DNA of 64,000 nucleotides from Podarcis vaucheri (taxonomy: Eukaryota), in assembly GCA_965113315.1 (NCBI GenBank), contig OZ220363.1. The stretch is one strand, 5' to 3'. The translations under genes and the position numbers were made by a program. Shown piece by piece: positions 49,501-63,523 of the stretch (its first letter is position 1; each line of letters begins with the position of its first letter). The notes beneath the pieces are model-generated. The model made no database searches, was not told the origin of the DNA, and saw only the letters and a program-made list of their open reading frames with translations.

Positions 49501-51917
49501 AACTAAATATGTCAAGGCTATCTTTTATCTTTTTCATCTCATTAAAAACAGCAACTGTTTAATAGTACCATCTTATACAAGTCTGCTCAGAAGTTAAATG
49601 GGACTTAGTCCCAGGTAACTGGGTCTAAGATTGCAGACTAAGTGCTTGGGGAGGTGGAAGCAAAACCTTCCAGCCATTTTTGTGGCTGCTTATAGGCAAC
49701 CCTAATTTTCCTGAAATGAGGACTTTGTCTTACAGGAACAAAATCAACATGCGCAAGATGTGCCTGTCTAACTGCAGTGATGAAAGAAACATTCCCGGTT
49801 TAACAAAAGGCAATTAGTGTAACTTAACTTGTACAGTACTTTGAATAAAGTTTATTACAGTATTGTGCTCTTTTTGTTTTTGTCTGCCCAGTGGTGCTGG
49901 GCTTGGCCTTAAACTTTTGCTAGAGTTTGCTGGTTCAGTCAATAAACTTGAGGCCGTTCTCCACTCTTCATGCTTAATCCTTTGGTAGAACATAATTCTT
50001 TGAGCAGTATTGTGTCGAACACCCACAAGCTATTGAAATTATGCTTACCAACCACCCCTTCCCTAGTTGAATGGCCCTTGTCTAGGCAGGCTTGCTTGAA
50101 CCTACCAGCAAAATAATTCTCTCTCTCGCTCTTATATATGGTTATATGCCCATGATAGCAGTTCACAATGACAATTGCAAACATCACAAAGCAGGTTTTA
50201 AAACTTCACATTTAAAATCTATGAGAGAACATTACAAAACAAGAGAAATACAAAATGCAAATAAAAAGAGAAACAAACAAACAAAAATCAGTGGAAAAAT
50301 AAGATTTTAACTGACACCAACCAAAAATCTGTAAGAGTTGATGGAGACCATATCTGAAGGGAAATGTCGCTCCATGGTTGGGACACCTGTATCAAGAACA
50401 TTCTGCAAAGAAAGCCTGGGTGAAATAAAATAAGTTTTTAACTGACAGGAAAAAATCATAAGAATAACCACATGTCATATCTGGAGTTTGGGCAGCCTGT
50501 ATCAAGAAACCCTATCTCAGGTGACCCTTGCAAGACTGAACTCAGTAGGGGGCCTAAATCAAGTCACTGTTGCTTAACTTCATCCTGCTTATGAGTAGTT
50601 TCTTAGGTGATAAGTGAAATGTGCTGGAGCTGCTATAATTTATTCTGACCTTGGCACAGGGCTGGAGTTGGTGCCTTCTGTGTGCCAAAGTAACTCTACT
50701 GCTTACTGAGCAACTGCTGTCTCTTCTCTCATATTCATTCCTTCTCTCCCATTCTGAAACATCATCTATGTTGTTCTCAGAATTTATGCAACTACTACAA
50801 ATTTCTTCTTACTGTTGATCTAAAGCAATGAGTTCTTTTCAAAGATGGAAAGAAAAAAGTGTGCGTGTGTGTGTGTGCGTGCGTGCGTGTGTGTGTGTGG
50901 AAAATATAAGAGTGTAGAAGGAGCAAACATCTCATTTTCCATTTGGCACTTCCTACCTAGTCTATTTACTTGCAATTTCTGTTCCATCTCCTGCTTGGTA
51001 AAATGTGGAGCATAGCCTCCAAACTGTAATTTTACCATTATGATTTGCATTCCATGCATTTTTCACTCATGTTTACTAGATGGGTTTTCTCATAATATGC
51101 AGCATTTACTGAGCTATACAGAACTGAATCTGAGCCCGGGCACACCTCTAGACCTTGATTTCAATGCCAGGGCTCAATTCTTGTGCAAATGGAGTCAACA
51201 GTAAAAAAGAAAGCTCCTTTGAATAAGTGCAGAACAAGTGTTGAATGCCATTCTTTTACTATAAAGTAGCAGCAACCGGCTTCCACGCGCCTGGAATGGG
51301 AAGGATATCCAGATGTGTATCATTCTCTCTCCCTCTCCCTCTCTCCTGCACACAAAACTCTGCCTAAGAGCCAGGCCTTTACACAATCAATGAGCTTGTG
51401 AATAGCATTCACAGGGGAGCCTGATCAGTTTAAGAATCACAGGGGACAAGAAGGGAGCATGTATTCCTTACAAAGGCTCCTTCCTCTGAAGCTTCTGTTT
51501 GTATCAGGAGGAAGTTCTCAATTGGCAGAAAAGAACTTTCGTTAGAAGGCCATAGAACTAATCCATGGATGGCCAGTTGATGGCTCACCTATCAGAACTG
51601 ACAGACAATGGATGTTTGTGGCAGTCCTGGATGGAAGCAAAAGGGCCCATGGGCTTGGCTATGGCAGAGAATCAGGCCTACAATTGTATGTATCTCTAGT
51701 GCCCTGCCATCATTTGCTCCTCTGCTTACTAGATCAGTGGCAAAATTGCAACAAGATGCGGAGAGATACATATAGCCCCTATAATGGCTCTTGGGGCCTC
51801 ATTTAATGGAACACATGCCAAATGTTTGGCCACTAGTACAGTAACTCAGATTTTCTTTGTGTCTGTAAGCAGGGACACCCATATGCTCCCCCACAAAAGC
51901 AAAATGACTGGGGGATA

Positions 51918-52063
51918 CAGTGGCGTAGCGTGGGGGGTGCAGGGGGGCCGGCCGCACCGGGCGCAACATCTGGGGGTTAGGGTTAGGGGGCGCAAATCCA
52001 CGGGTTAGGGGGCGCAAATTACTTGCCTTGCCCCGGGTGCTGACAACCCATGCTACGCCACTG
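51918..52063. mobile_element. hAT MITE with telomere-like hexamers
   Basis: TIR CAGTGGCGTAGC / GCTACGCCACTG; perfect 8-bp TSD GGGGGATA (51910-51917, 52064-52071). Confidence 0.93.
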
Positions 52064-54209
52064 GGGGGATAAGGATAACATTGTGGAGGGTGTTGGATTT
52101 AGACCAGGCAATCCCAGATTCAAATTTCCAATTAGTTGACTTAGACTAATTGCCAACTTTCAACTTAGCCTTCCTCACAAGGATACTGTAAGGATAAAAC
52201 TGGGGAAGTGTGCACTCTCAGCTTCTTTAAGGAAGGAAGAAGTGAAAATGTAGCAATAACAATGTTAAAAGTAAACACTTGGCTTATATTGCATTTTAGT
52301 CTAATTCCACTTTCTCATGTTTGGCCTCATACACTCTGGAATCTGCTTACTGACCAATGAAGATGTTGACTGCTGTAGTTTACAAATCAGTTAAGCCAAA
52401 GTACATACAAGTATGTATAATTTGTATAAAGCATATGAATTATGGCCAATTTAGATAATGTGACTTGAATGAGACTATACCATTTCACATCCCATTTCAT
52501 CAATTTAACTGATATTATCTCTAGGCTGTGAGAAAATTTCCTTCTGAGCCTCCTGGGCCTTCTAGTCATGAAACCTTTTACTGGTAAAAGGTCACACCAT
52601 TTTCAAATAATAACTTATCATAAGAACTTGAGAACTGCACTGCTGAATTAGACTAAGGAGGATCGATTCCAGCGTTCTGTTTTCCACCATTGGAAGCCAG
52701 ATGCCTCAGGAAACTCACAGGCAGGGCCAAAGAAGGCAATGGCCAATTTCTGAGCCCAGTATCAAGTTACTCACTTTGCGGTGAAGTTCCTTCAAGCTAA
52801 GCTTGGTTAAGAACTTGGGGAGCTCATAAGAGCCTGTCTCACATGAGAGAAAAGATGGCAAAGTTTCCTGATTTCTTCTTCAGCTCAGGACCAAATCCAA
52901 GCTGAAGAAGAATTCCTATCTTTGTAATTCCGCAGTACATAATTCTGCAGACCCAGAAAGGAGAGTATCTGAGAGGCCACACACCATCAGAAGATATCCC
53001 AGCAAGGATGGAGCGATTAACCTATTTCCGATCCATGTCAATTCCACATCACCCTGCATTTCCCTGTCACAAACCACATGAAAAGCTGTGGGTTTTGTAC
53101 AGTCTTTTGAGCCAACTATATTGAGCCAACACACATTAGTCTAAAATCTGCATATCTACGTGCATTTTGGGGGCTAAATGCATTGCACCATTTGGGGAAG
53201 TGCAAACACTGGATAACAGTACTTAGATCTACAGTACATATTAATTTGGAAAGCACAAATCAGGATGATGTGGAGTGAATGAAATTCTTGAGCATCCCAC
53301 ATTCATGTCCGAGAGCCTTAGTGAAGTCTCCAAAATAAAACTTATCCAGATGTTCACATCAACCCAGAAGGGGAGGGCATTGCTTTTTAAAGGCAAGCTC
53401 CCAGAAACCTTTTAGTGTGGGAAAGGATGGGCTAATAGCTAACTTAATCTTTTCCAGCAAGGTTACTGACATGCTTCTGAAAGTAAACCAGGGCTCTAAA
53501 CATATGGGGATTCATTCATTAGTCTGGGGTTTAGGGTATTGTGACTAATGGAACAAATTCTGCCCCATAAATAGCCGGTGTTCTAAGAAGGAATGCCTAA
53601 CAAGATTTTTAAATGAGTAGCCTTCGTTTTGGTGCCTATCGTCTTTCATGGGAAACATTCATCTATTGACGTCTTCAATTCTTCAATGAGTAGCAGATTC
53701 CTTGTATAATTGTTGCTTCAGCCTCACTCTCCTGCACCCAAGTAATTTAACAAATTGCATTCTGTTTCCCTGTGACTGGAAACTTCCGAGATCACAGGGT
53801 TTGCACCCAATGTACATTTTGTTGACTGATGTACTTAGATAAACTCTCTTTTAACACTCTGGCAAAGCAAACCCTGAATTTCTGTGTATATACTGTGTTC
53901 TTTTTGTTGTTGGACGTATTTGTTCAAAATAAGGTAAGCTCTGCAGTTCAGGGTCAGTGGGTGTATAATACACAGGCAAATACCTTGTTCAAATGCAGTG
54001 TTCACATGGTAAAGAAAGAAGATGTCATTTACTTGTGCTCTCATAGGGTTCTTTTTTTTAAGGTAGTGGGATCCTTAAGTTTTAAATCCCGAATCTTGCC
54101 TCTTTAAGCAGCAGTTTTGGTAGATGTAGAAGCAGTTAGTTTGTGTAACTTCATCAGCAGTTTGATCTGCAGAAATGAGCAGGCGAAGCATTACTTGATC
54201 GACCACCAA

Positions 54210-54612
54210 CTAGGAATGGGTGAATCTGTCAATTTCAGTTTCTCTTGGTTCCCTTTTCCACTCTTAAGTTCAGATCTCCACACCTCCAGAGCAGTATGTG
54301 AATTTTCTCCCTAAAGTCTTCATAACAATTCGCCAGCATTTTAATGAAAACTTCTCACAATATACACATTTTTGCATGCAATTTTGCACAGCACACACAT
54401 GTTTGCAAAGCAGTTTCCCCTAACATAATGCAGTACTGCACTGTATGATTTGTACCAAGATATGCATTTTATGTGCACTCTACCCTGCACATGGCTGGAG
54501 AATTGCATTGCAAAATTCAGAGAAGTACAAATTTCGCAAGGTGCTTTGGTCTGTGTAATGCTTTCTGGAAAGTGTGAATAGGGGACATTCGCCTTAAATG
54601 TGAACTAAATGG
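54210..54612 (+). repeat. Unclassified interspersed repeat, copy 3
   Basis: Homologous to 27200-27565; its 5' end matches the minus-strand stub at 7878-7940. Confidence 0.75.
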
Positions 54613-55870
54613 AGACACTGACTGGTTCATACAGAGTGAGAAGCAGGGCCATGAAGAAAGTTAGCTACCTAAAGTATTCAGCTACCAATGCACCGATTAG
54701 TATGTGTTCCTTCCTCTTCTTCTTCCATGACTGAGAATTCAGGTTGGAGGGGCACACCACTAATAGGTTTGCAAAATCCTGTCCTGCATGGAACTCTTAA
54801 CCTCTTTAGAGTGAGAGCAGATGAAAATGTGATGAAAAGCAGGTTTCTATCCCATTCCACAAAGCTGTTCACTGGGAGAGTGGTTAACCAATGAGGTACC
54901 TGCCAGAATTCTATGCTGCTTTTGTCAGCCTCAACCAGCATGGTGAATAGTCATGCATAGTCAGTCCACAAGCTTGAGAGATGCTCTCCCCAGGGAGGCT
55001 TGCCAGGTACCATCATTATGAATCTGTAGGTGCCAGCCAAAACATTCCTTTTTTGCCAGGGCTTCTATTTATTTATTTATTTTATTGAATTTTCAAAATA
55101 ACAAGGAATAATAACCCCCATCTCCAACCTTACCCCCTTCCCTCAGCCATCCTTCAAACAAGGGTTCATTAGGCCTTTAACGTAAAATTGCTTCCATGAG
55201 TGGGTGGGATGTTTTAATTCAAGTTAGTTGTTTTTTTAAAGAAATTGTTCCTTCATTTCCCCCACTTCTATGCCAATTTCAATGTACAGTATTCATTCAC
55301 TGATATATTGTATGCCACTTTGACTTATCTTTCTGGGAAAAGAGCAATAAATTATAACAACAACAACACTTTTCTCTCTCCTGAAACTGCTCTGTGAATG
55401 TTCGTGTGTAGTGGTGTTTGTTACATGCATTTGTATGTAACATTGATTCTGGCCTTTTTGTAAACTCATCCTGGGCAACGTTCCCTTTACTTTCCTCATC
55501 TTTGCCTATTTATTTTGTCCCTCGATTTCTCTGCTCATCCCTGTTATCCCTGTTATCTCACATCCTATCCTCCCAATGTCTTTCATCTATCACTTAGTTG
55601 TCCTTCTCCACTTCACATATTCCTCCCCTCCCCTTATAATCTAAGTTACCTCCGCAGAGAAGATTTTCCAGCTGCTGCAAACTTGGTTAAGGTTTGAGAG
55701 GTTATAAACAGGCTCCAAAGTCAATGAATTTGAATGTTTGAGAAGAAAACATGGTTTTAAACATGTGCCTGTTAGGAAGGTATCTGGGGGACTGCTATTT
55801 AGATGCAATCAGGAAGAAAGCTGGCTGTGAAAACATTAGCTTTGCATTGAGAATGAATATAACTAGAATA

Positions 55871-55959
55871 TAGAATCATAGAATCATAGAATCATAGAGT
55901 TGGAAGAGACCACAAGGGCCATCGAGTCCAACCCCCTGCCAAGCAGGAAACACCATCAG
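55871..55959 (-). mobile_element. CR1 3' terminal fragment
   Basis: (TAGAATCA)n tail plus reverse-complement identity to 13957-14042. Confidence 0.92.
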
Positions 55960-56491
55960 TTATATATGTTTACTATATAACTATAGTAAACAAAAATAAG
56001 ACAGCCAAATACAACATTGAAGCCTGTTGATAGATGATATACCTTCCTTCTCTGCTCTCCTCTCTCTCATTCAGAAACTATGCCAACACCAGTTGACCTG
56101 ATGCAGGGCAAGTCCTGTATGAATCCAGGATGGGGAATTATCCGTGATCTGATGGATGCGTGCCACTCTCATGGGAAGTAGACATGTAAATGAAACTAGG
56201 GCATAGATGTGCAAATTTGTACATGTATGTTTATACATATACATTTCCGACATTGTTATTTTCACACCAAGGACCTGTGTCCCAAATCTCCACTCACAGT
56301 CATTACATATTGCTAGAATGCTAGAAGCTCTTATCTGCTTCTGATCATTTGGTTAGCCCTGTAGAAGGCTAGTAGCAAAAATAAGATACAAAAATGTACT
56401 ATATTAGGGGGTTTATTATTATTTTCCAAATAAAATGTGTGTAATAGGTTGACCACACAGATTGAAATAATAGCAGCTTATTTATTAGGAG

Positions 56492-56853
56492 AGGGACGCG
56501 GGTGACGCTGTGGGTAAAACCTCAGTGCCTAGGACTTGCCGATCGTAAGGTCGGCGGTTCGAATCCCCGCGGCGGGGTGAGCTCCTGTGGTTCGGTCCCA
56601 GCTCCTGCCCACCTAGCAGTTCGAAAGCACCCCTAAGTGCAAGTAGATAAATAGGTACCGCTTTATAGCGGGAAGGTAAACGGCGTTTCCGTGTGCGGCG
56701 CTGGTGCTGGCTCGCCAGCTGCAGCTTCGTCACGCTGGCCACATGACCCAGAAGTGTCTTCGGACAGCACTGGCTCCCGGCCTCTTAAGCGAGATGAGCG
56801 CGCAACCCTAGAGTCGGACATGACTGGCCCGTACGGGCAGGGGTACCTTTACC
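56492..56853 (+). mobile_element. Sauria SINE, distinct young subfamily
   Basis: A/B boxes, ACCTTT tail; 13-bp TSD TATTTATTAGGAG (56479-56491, 56854-56866); body differs from the other four copies; many CpGs retained. Confidence 0.95.
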
Positions 56854-57859
56854 TATTTATTAGGAGCAGAAAATCCTGCCTTGGTGCTAGTGGCTGGGAT
56901 GTTATTTTCTCCTGTTTATGACTAGTGCTATCCTGAAAGCATGTACCATGTTCACGATGGGCCTCAGTTCCTAAAGGACTCACATTCTAAGTAAGATTCA
57001 AGCACCATAATCATCTCATGGAACTGTGTGTCGCCTCAGAATGCATGTGTAAGACTGCTTGCTGGGGGGCGGGGCGGGGATCCTGCATGGCAAAGACCAG
57101 GGTGTGAGGCAACTTTAAAACAAGCAGTCCTTCAACCTGCATTCTGATTTAGTAGAGCCCTTGAGAAAACTGCACTAGCATGGGTGAAATGAACTCTTCT
57201 AGGAGCAGGGATCATGAGAATCAGAGTGGGGGGAAAGAGAGGGAAAGAAAGCCTGCATTCATGACAGTTAAAAAAAGGCTTTTAAAAAAAATTCTGAGCA
57301 TGTCAGTCATCTTCACACTTCATGCCTTTGGGGAATGTTTTCTGCATGGGAACACTCTCTGCCATTTAATCCCTGTGCCCTGGAGAGGATTTGGGGCATG
57401 CTTTAGGATCTATGCAAACTGAGTTGACACAGGGCACCAGGCAGTTCTGTTGGGCCTATCCACTGCCCCACATGAATAGAGAGTGTACCCCAGAATGGTC
57501 CCAACACCCCCCATGGCTACATGATGTAGGGAAGGTTTTCAAATGGTCTTTCTTTTAACATAAATTGATGGAGAAAGGTCGCTGGTGGGCAGCGAAGGAC
57601 GTAGTCCCAAGCAAAATCCCCAGAATCTCCAGTTTTGTTTTGTTTGTTTGTTCTTTAAAAAGGATGCCAGTTTTGTTTTTCCATGTTACAGGGGTGCCAG
57701 CTCGCCCCCAGGATTGCTGCTGCAATGTGGATGTGCAATGTCACATGCACATGCCTGCTCATAGTGTGTGTGATGTCACACGCATTATGGGCAGGCATGT
57801 GCGTGTGATGTCGCATGTCCATGTTGCAGTGGTTCCTCTTCCTCCTCCTCTCCTCAGCC

Positions 57860-57984
57860 AGCGAGGCATCATTTTCTGCACACGCTCCTGCAGCCAATCG
57901 GAAGCTGCACCTTGGTTTTTGAATGGTTCTGTGAGTCGAACGGACTCCTGTAACGCATTCTGTTTGAGAACCAAGGTACGACTG
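57860..57984. mobile_element. Right half of a Tigger-like MITE
   Basis: GCAGCCAATCGGAAGC...AACCAAGGTACGACTG aligns with 40760-40861. Confidence 0.75.
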
Positions 57985-57989
57985 TTTTG

Positions 57990-58305
57990 TTTTTTTTAAG
58001 TTCCCCATGGCAATTCATCAGCATTTTAGTGTGAATTGTTCCTAATGTAGACATTTTATATGCCACATCTTTGCATAGCATCAAATTTTTCTATGCTATT
58101 TTCACTAATATGTGTACTTCAATGCACATCTACCCTTCTTATATGCATTTTTGTGCACGTTACTTGGCTTGGGAACTGCATTGCAAAATTAGGAGAGGTG
58201 GAAATTTCAGAGGATAGTTGTGGTTCAGTCTGCATATTGTTTTAGACAGGGTGCGTTAAGTAGGTTCACCTTTAAATGCAAACTGAATCCAATTTCTCCT
58301 CCATC
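57990..58305 (+). repeat. Unclassified interspersed repeat, copy 4
   Basis: Homologous to 27200-27565. Confidence 0.75.
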
Positions 58306-61300
58306 TCTTCTCATAGGGGGGAAAGTAGCCACATAAATATACCTTTAGAACTGATGCGATAAGTTGCTCAGTGCTTCTTTTCTATTTCTCGCATCAGCCT
58401 GAGTTTCTTCAGAATGTTCATGTGACTCACTGTAGTATAAGTATGTGTGGCCAAGAAACTGGAACGAAGGAAGATTGCTAAGTCTCTGTGTGCCTTAGAA
58501 TGCTGTCGTTGCAGTTCTCTTCTCTCAGAAAGCCCAGAAAAGCTAAGTCTTGCTATTCAAGAGATTGCAAAAGGAAAACTGCTTAATGTAACAGTGGTGG
58601 TCCTGGTAATCTTAGATGTATTTTTTTATTAAACATCTGTACACCAACTATTGGCAGGGACAATATTGTATTTACAAAAACTGCTTGAGGAAGCTTTTCT
58701 AAAAATCTGAGTTGTCTGTTTTTTCTCTCTAGCAGTGGGAGATTTTAATCATTCTGCAGATTTCACACTCAACAGAAATCACAAAGCATCCAGTTTTGGC
58801 TGAGCTCATCTAGTCTTAACAGCATATAGAAAATGTATGCAGCTAAACAGGAAGACACCAGGATGATATGACATAAAAAATAATAATAATCTTGCTTCAT
58901 TCTTTCAATAAGATTTAAACCAAATCTGCATAAAGGTGTGGTTCCAAAAATCATGTCAAGCTGCATAGAGTTAGGAGATCATCTGCCTTTGCTTCCCAGG
59001 CTTTCCTATAAAAGAAACAAGAGAGAGAGATTTGTTTTTCGTTTAGCACATTTTGGCTCAATTCTGTAGAGAAGATTCACCTGTTGAGAGATCTTGGTGC
59101 CATTCTACTGGTGGAGATGGAGCTGTGTTGACGTAATGACACTTCTGCCCATGGAACTCCTCTGGCATGACCTCTGCCTATCCGGATCCTAAAGGGCTTA
59201 GGTGGGGTAAAACTTGCAAAGGGTTAAAATGAACAGATTTTATTTAGCATTAAGACCCATAACTATACAAAACAATATAGAAATTGCCCACAAAGTTCTA
59301 AACGCGAAAGTAACTTAACAGACAAGCAATGCAACAGCCTCTTTTGGTGGAAAAAGCGGACTGCTGCTTGAAAACTTTGTAGTCAAATGGTCCAAACTTT
59401 GCTTTATTTAATCCACCAAGGTGGCAGATACTTCAAAGCTGCTTCTTTGCAAACAGCTTTAGTCCCATAACAAATGGCAAACCTTGCTGTTCACAGCAAC
59501 TAGCCCTGCAATCATAATATAACAAATAATATCAGATACACAGGAACTGATTGCACTTCCCTTTGCTCTTTAACTATACATACACATGCATTTAGTTTAC
59601 CTTATACAAGGTGATAAGAAGCCAGAAATATTATTCAGCTCTTCAAGAGAAAAAGCTTTAAGTTCGCTCTGTCCAGTTCTCCACTAAGTGATTCCACCCT
59701 ACTAAACAATACCTTATAGTTACGTTCAAGTTACTAAAAAGGAGATCTAGCTATAATATTAACAAAGGTTTTAGAAAAGATCATCACTGGACATCATTTG
59801 CAGCCCCTTACTTAACAGAATTCATAAGAAAGATACTGTATCTCTCTGATAATGACCCTGGTCGATTGTACACAATGGTGTTTGGGGAAAGTGGGATTTA
59901 GCTTTCCATCCTTAATTATTATTTTTTGCCAATCATCTGAATCCTCTGTGCCTGAAGTGTGATTCCTTCCCTAATCCCTGCTTCATGCATAACTGCATAC
60001 CAGATAGGACCGACCAGTTTGAGTAGCCCCATCTCTTTCAGAGGAAAGAATGCTTGTTGTGGAAAATTAGTAGCTGTTATATCTTGAGGCAAGGAAGTTT
60101 AGACTGCTTGTAAACCGTTTTTGTCTGATATTAGCGGATGCATGGCCTACAGGAAGAAAAAATCCACTTTGGCTACAACTGAGCTCGTGACTTTGTTAAT
60201 TAGTGTACAACAAATCATTTATTTATGCTGGTTGCTGCTTAAAAGACTCCTAGTCTGCCCTTGGATTTACAATCTAAAAGACATGGCACAAAAGTGATTG
60301 AGCTGAGAGGGAGGAAGAAAACTGCAAATTGGGCACTAGCTCTAAGTTACAAAATAATGATCAATTATCAGAAGTTTCTATACTTGTATGTTCATACCTG
60401 CCTATATCTCTAGTACAGCAATGGATTTCCAAACAACTTTTGTGGGTCTGTGGTTTTTTAAAAAAAACACACATTGCCTTCTAGCCCACTACTGTGCGTT
60501 AGGTATAAACACAGTGCAAAACTAACACCTAATTTTCAAAGTGGAAATAATGAAAATGTAAGCCTGTCCTCTATGCCCTTCCATTGGGAACGATGAGTAA
60601 CGAGGGGAACAATCTTAAGTGTGGGAAACCAGTATAAATTATGCTTAATTTACACTGGGTTGCCAGGTCATATGACTCAGTTAAATGGATTCATGATCCA
60701 GCCTAAATTTCTGCCCGCCCTGGTTCTGCCCCTCCAGCTCCCTCAAAATGTCCCTTTTCCAGGGCTTACACTGCTTTAAGATCTTCCAGCCTCAGCTTAG
60801 TCGTCTGAGCACTGTCTGAGCCAGGATGGGGAATTTAGGCTGGCATAGCTGGATTAGCTAGGAACCAGCCAGCCATATCTGGACTCGCTCGCCTTGGTGG
60901 ATCCAGGGTTAGGGTTAGGCTAAATCTCTGTGCTTTTTATTAGAGAACAGAGCTTAATATTGCTGGGATCTGAACTAACATGCAAATAAAATATAGAAAA
61001 ATCTGGAATCAGCAGGAATTTGGTTTGGGTACAGATTTATAAGAAAATATTCTGTGCAGGCCTACAAAAGCAGAATTCAGGATAAAGACATAATTTCCCC
61101 CGCATGTGATTATTATGATTCAGAATGTTGAGAGAGAGGGAGAGCGAGTCCAGTGTTCTCAGCCGGAATAGCAATTGCTCTATGCTGAAGGCAGTTTTAG
61201 ACCTTGTCTTCAGGTAGTGTAGAATGCCTGAACTCCAGTAATAATACTGACTCTCTAGAAAGAAAGCTCTTCTTTATTACTGAGTTTTGAAAATGAGACG

Positions 61301-62003
61301 GCAATATTCTGGCTAAATGTTCTACCTTCCAGAGTCATCAATGGCACAAGAGGTATTATCTTTATTAATTGATGCTAAACTGAACGTGAAACATGGGAAC
61401 AGGGCCAATTTTTGCTGTTTTTCACCCCTTTCTTGCATTCATTTGTTGATACAACTGACTGCAAAATATGCCACTGGCTGTGATCGTAAGCAGACATATT
61501 TGAAACTTTTATCTGAAACTTATTGAACTCAGCCAGACTTTCTTTCAAGAAAATGCATTTAGGAGCAGGGTGCTGATCTTATGCAATTTGCTAAGCGCCT
61601 GTGTTGATGATTGCCAATAGCTGCTATTCGTTACACTGCGGCTTCCCCCTACCCTCCTCCAATGCAGTGTTTGTTATTGCATCTGGTCCAAAATCATTTC
61701 AGCAACTCTATCAAATTTGATTAGGTTATATAAGGGGAGCTTCTGTGCCTTAAAATGCACTGGGGCACATCTTAGGTTCTGCTGAGCACCGCGGGGGTGG
61801 TGGTGGTGGGGAGGTTTCTTAAATGTGGTGTTATAAGCCACACTTCAGCTGTCCTTTTCACTTCTTTGCTCAATATTGCTCTTGATTTTCCCTCCTAACC
61901 TATTAGGTATCTTACAATGGAATGTGTATAGCAGAGCTTTGATGTGTGATGACAGGGAGGGAAGTGAAAGGGAGCAAACAGGGGGATGTGAAAAGGAAAA
62001 TTT

Positions 62004-62062
<59 letters not shown>
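62004..62062. repeat. (TG)n(GA)n compound microsatellite
   Basis: Directly visible. Confidence 0.97.
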
Positions 62063-62065
<3 letters not shown>

Positions 62066-63050
62066 CATATTAAATTCTCAGCATTGTCTCTAAATCAGAA
62101 TCTGCATGCTAACTTGAACATTCCCAGATAGAAAAAATTATTGTGTGTTGGGAATATTGAGAGAGTACTTTAGAATATAAACCAAAACCTTGTTGACTTA
62201 TGCAAAACTCTAGGGAATTTTGTGATACAATACTGGTTGGTGCCAGTATATGATAACTACTAGGTTAGCTAGAATAACTACTAGTTCTCTTACCCAGCAC
62301 CTGAAGGAAGTTTTCTTCAACTAAGGATCAAATTTCCACCAATCCCATAATTAGCTGCAGAGATAGAGCTTCTGGGCAAGAAACAAAACTTATTTTTTTC
62401 CTGTGATAAGCCTCCTTAAATAGCTTTGGCTCTTGTATCTGATTCCTAAAGAATCAGGATAAATACTACCTATGAGAAGAGAGAGTCCATCTTCCCTTCA
62501 GGGAAACAAATCTGCTTGTCATGTGATGCTTGTGGGGCCCAAGTCCTTTCTAGGAGAGTGGAAGGCCTGAGGCACTGTCTCTTCATTTCACACCTACCAT
62601 TTTTCTCAGTTACGAGTGTAAACTTTGTCAGTGTTGATGTGCCTCCCCTCCATGTGAAGCCCGAAGCCATTGGCCCCACCAACTAAAAATGAACAAAGCC
62701 AAATAGTTGATTTCCAACTATTTCTTCTAAACACTTCCATATGAAACTACCCATATGCCGAGATCTTCCTTGGAGGCTTCTGCTTTATATGTCCCCACAG
62801 TTTAGTAGCTGTCAGGCCTGTGCAGCGCCTTCTTTGGAATGGCACCAAAGCCACAAAACTCCTTCCTTGGGGATGTTTGCTTCTTTACTAGACTGGAGAC
62901 GCCAGACTTAGGTGGCCTTCTTCCAGAGGGCTTCTGGATTGCTCTGCTTGGCTTTCTCTCTCATTTCTGCTCATTAATAGGATATTCAATTTTTTGGGAT
63001 GTGCTTTTGATGTGACACAAGACTCTAGGCTGCCATTTATTTATTTAAAG

Positions 63051-63365
63051 CAGGGGTGGGCAATCTCAGGCCCAGGGGCCAAATGCTTCTGGCCCTCAGG
63101 ACTCTCTTCAGACCACATCCCATCACCAGCCCTTCTCAAGTTTTGTGTTTCATTCCTGCCCTGACTGGAATATGTCTTTGAACTATGACAATGCCCCTTG
63201 CTTGATTGGATGGAGGATTGAGAGATGAGTGTGTGTGTTTTTCTATAGGGGTGGGATGTTATTTACTGTAAACGGGTAAGAGTTGCATCAGATGCTCTGC
63301 TCATTTTTGCCTCTGGCTCTTCCAATCATGGGCATGAGCCTCCAAAACATTCTCCCCTCCCCATT
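63051..63365 (+). mobile_element. Degenerate hAT-like element
   Basis: CAGGGGTGGGCAA start; homologous to 12291-13110. Confidence 0.6.
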
Positions 63366-63523
63366 TAAAGCATGCTTATTCTGTTCTTCAGTTGGATAAT
63401 GCTTCCAGAGTGGCTCATGAATATCAACGATAAAGGGAGAAAAGGTGGCGGGGGCAAACTCAGATACCAGTTCTTAGCTAATAGTTCTTTTAGTGACCTG
63501 AAGGAATGGAAAGATTTGGAGAG

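Noticed and set aside
59413-59427. CCACCAAGGTGGCAG, CTCF-like
   Set aside because: One extra base breaks the core spacing.
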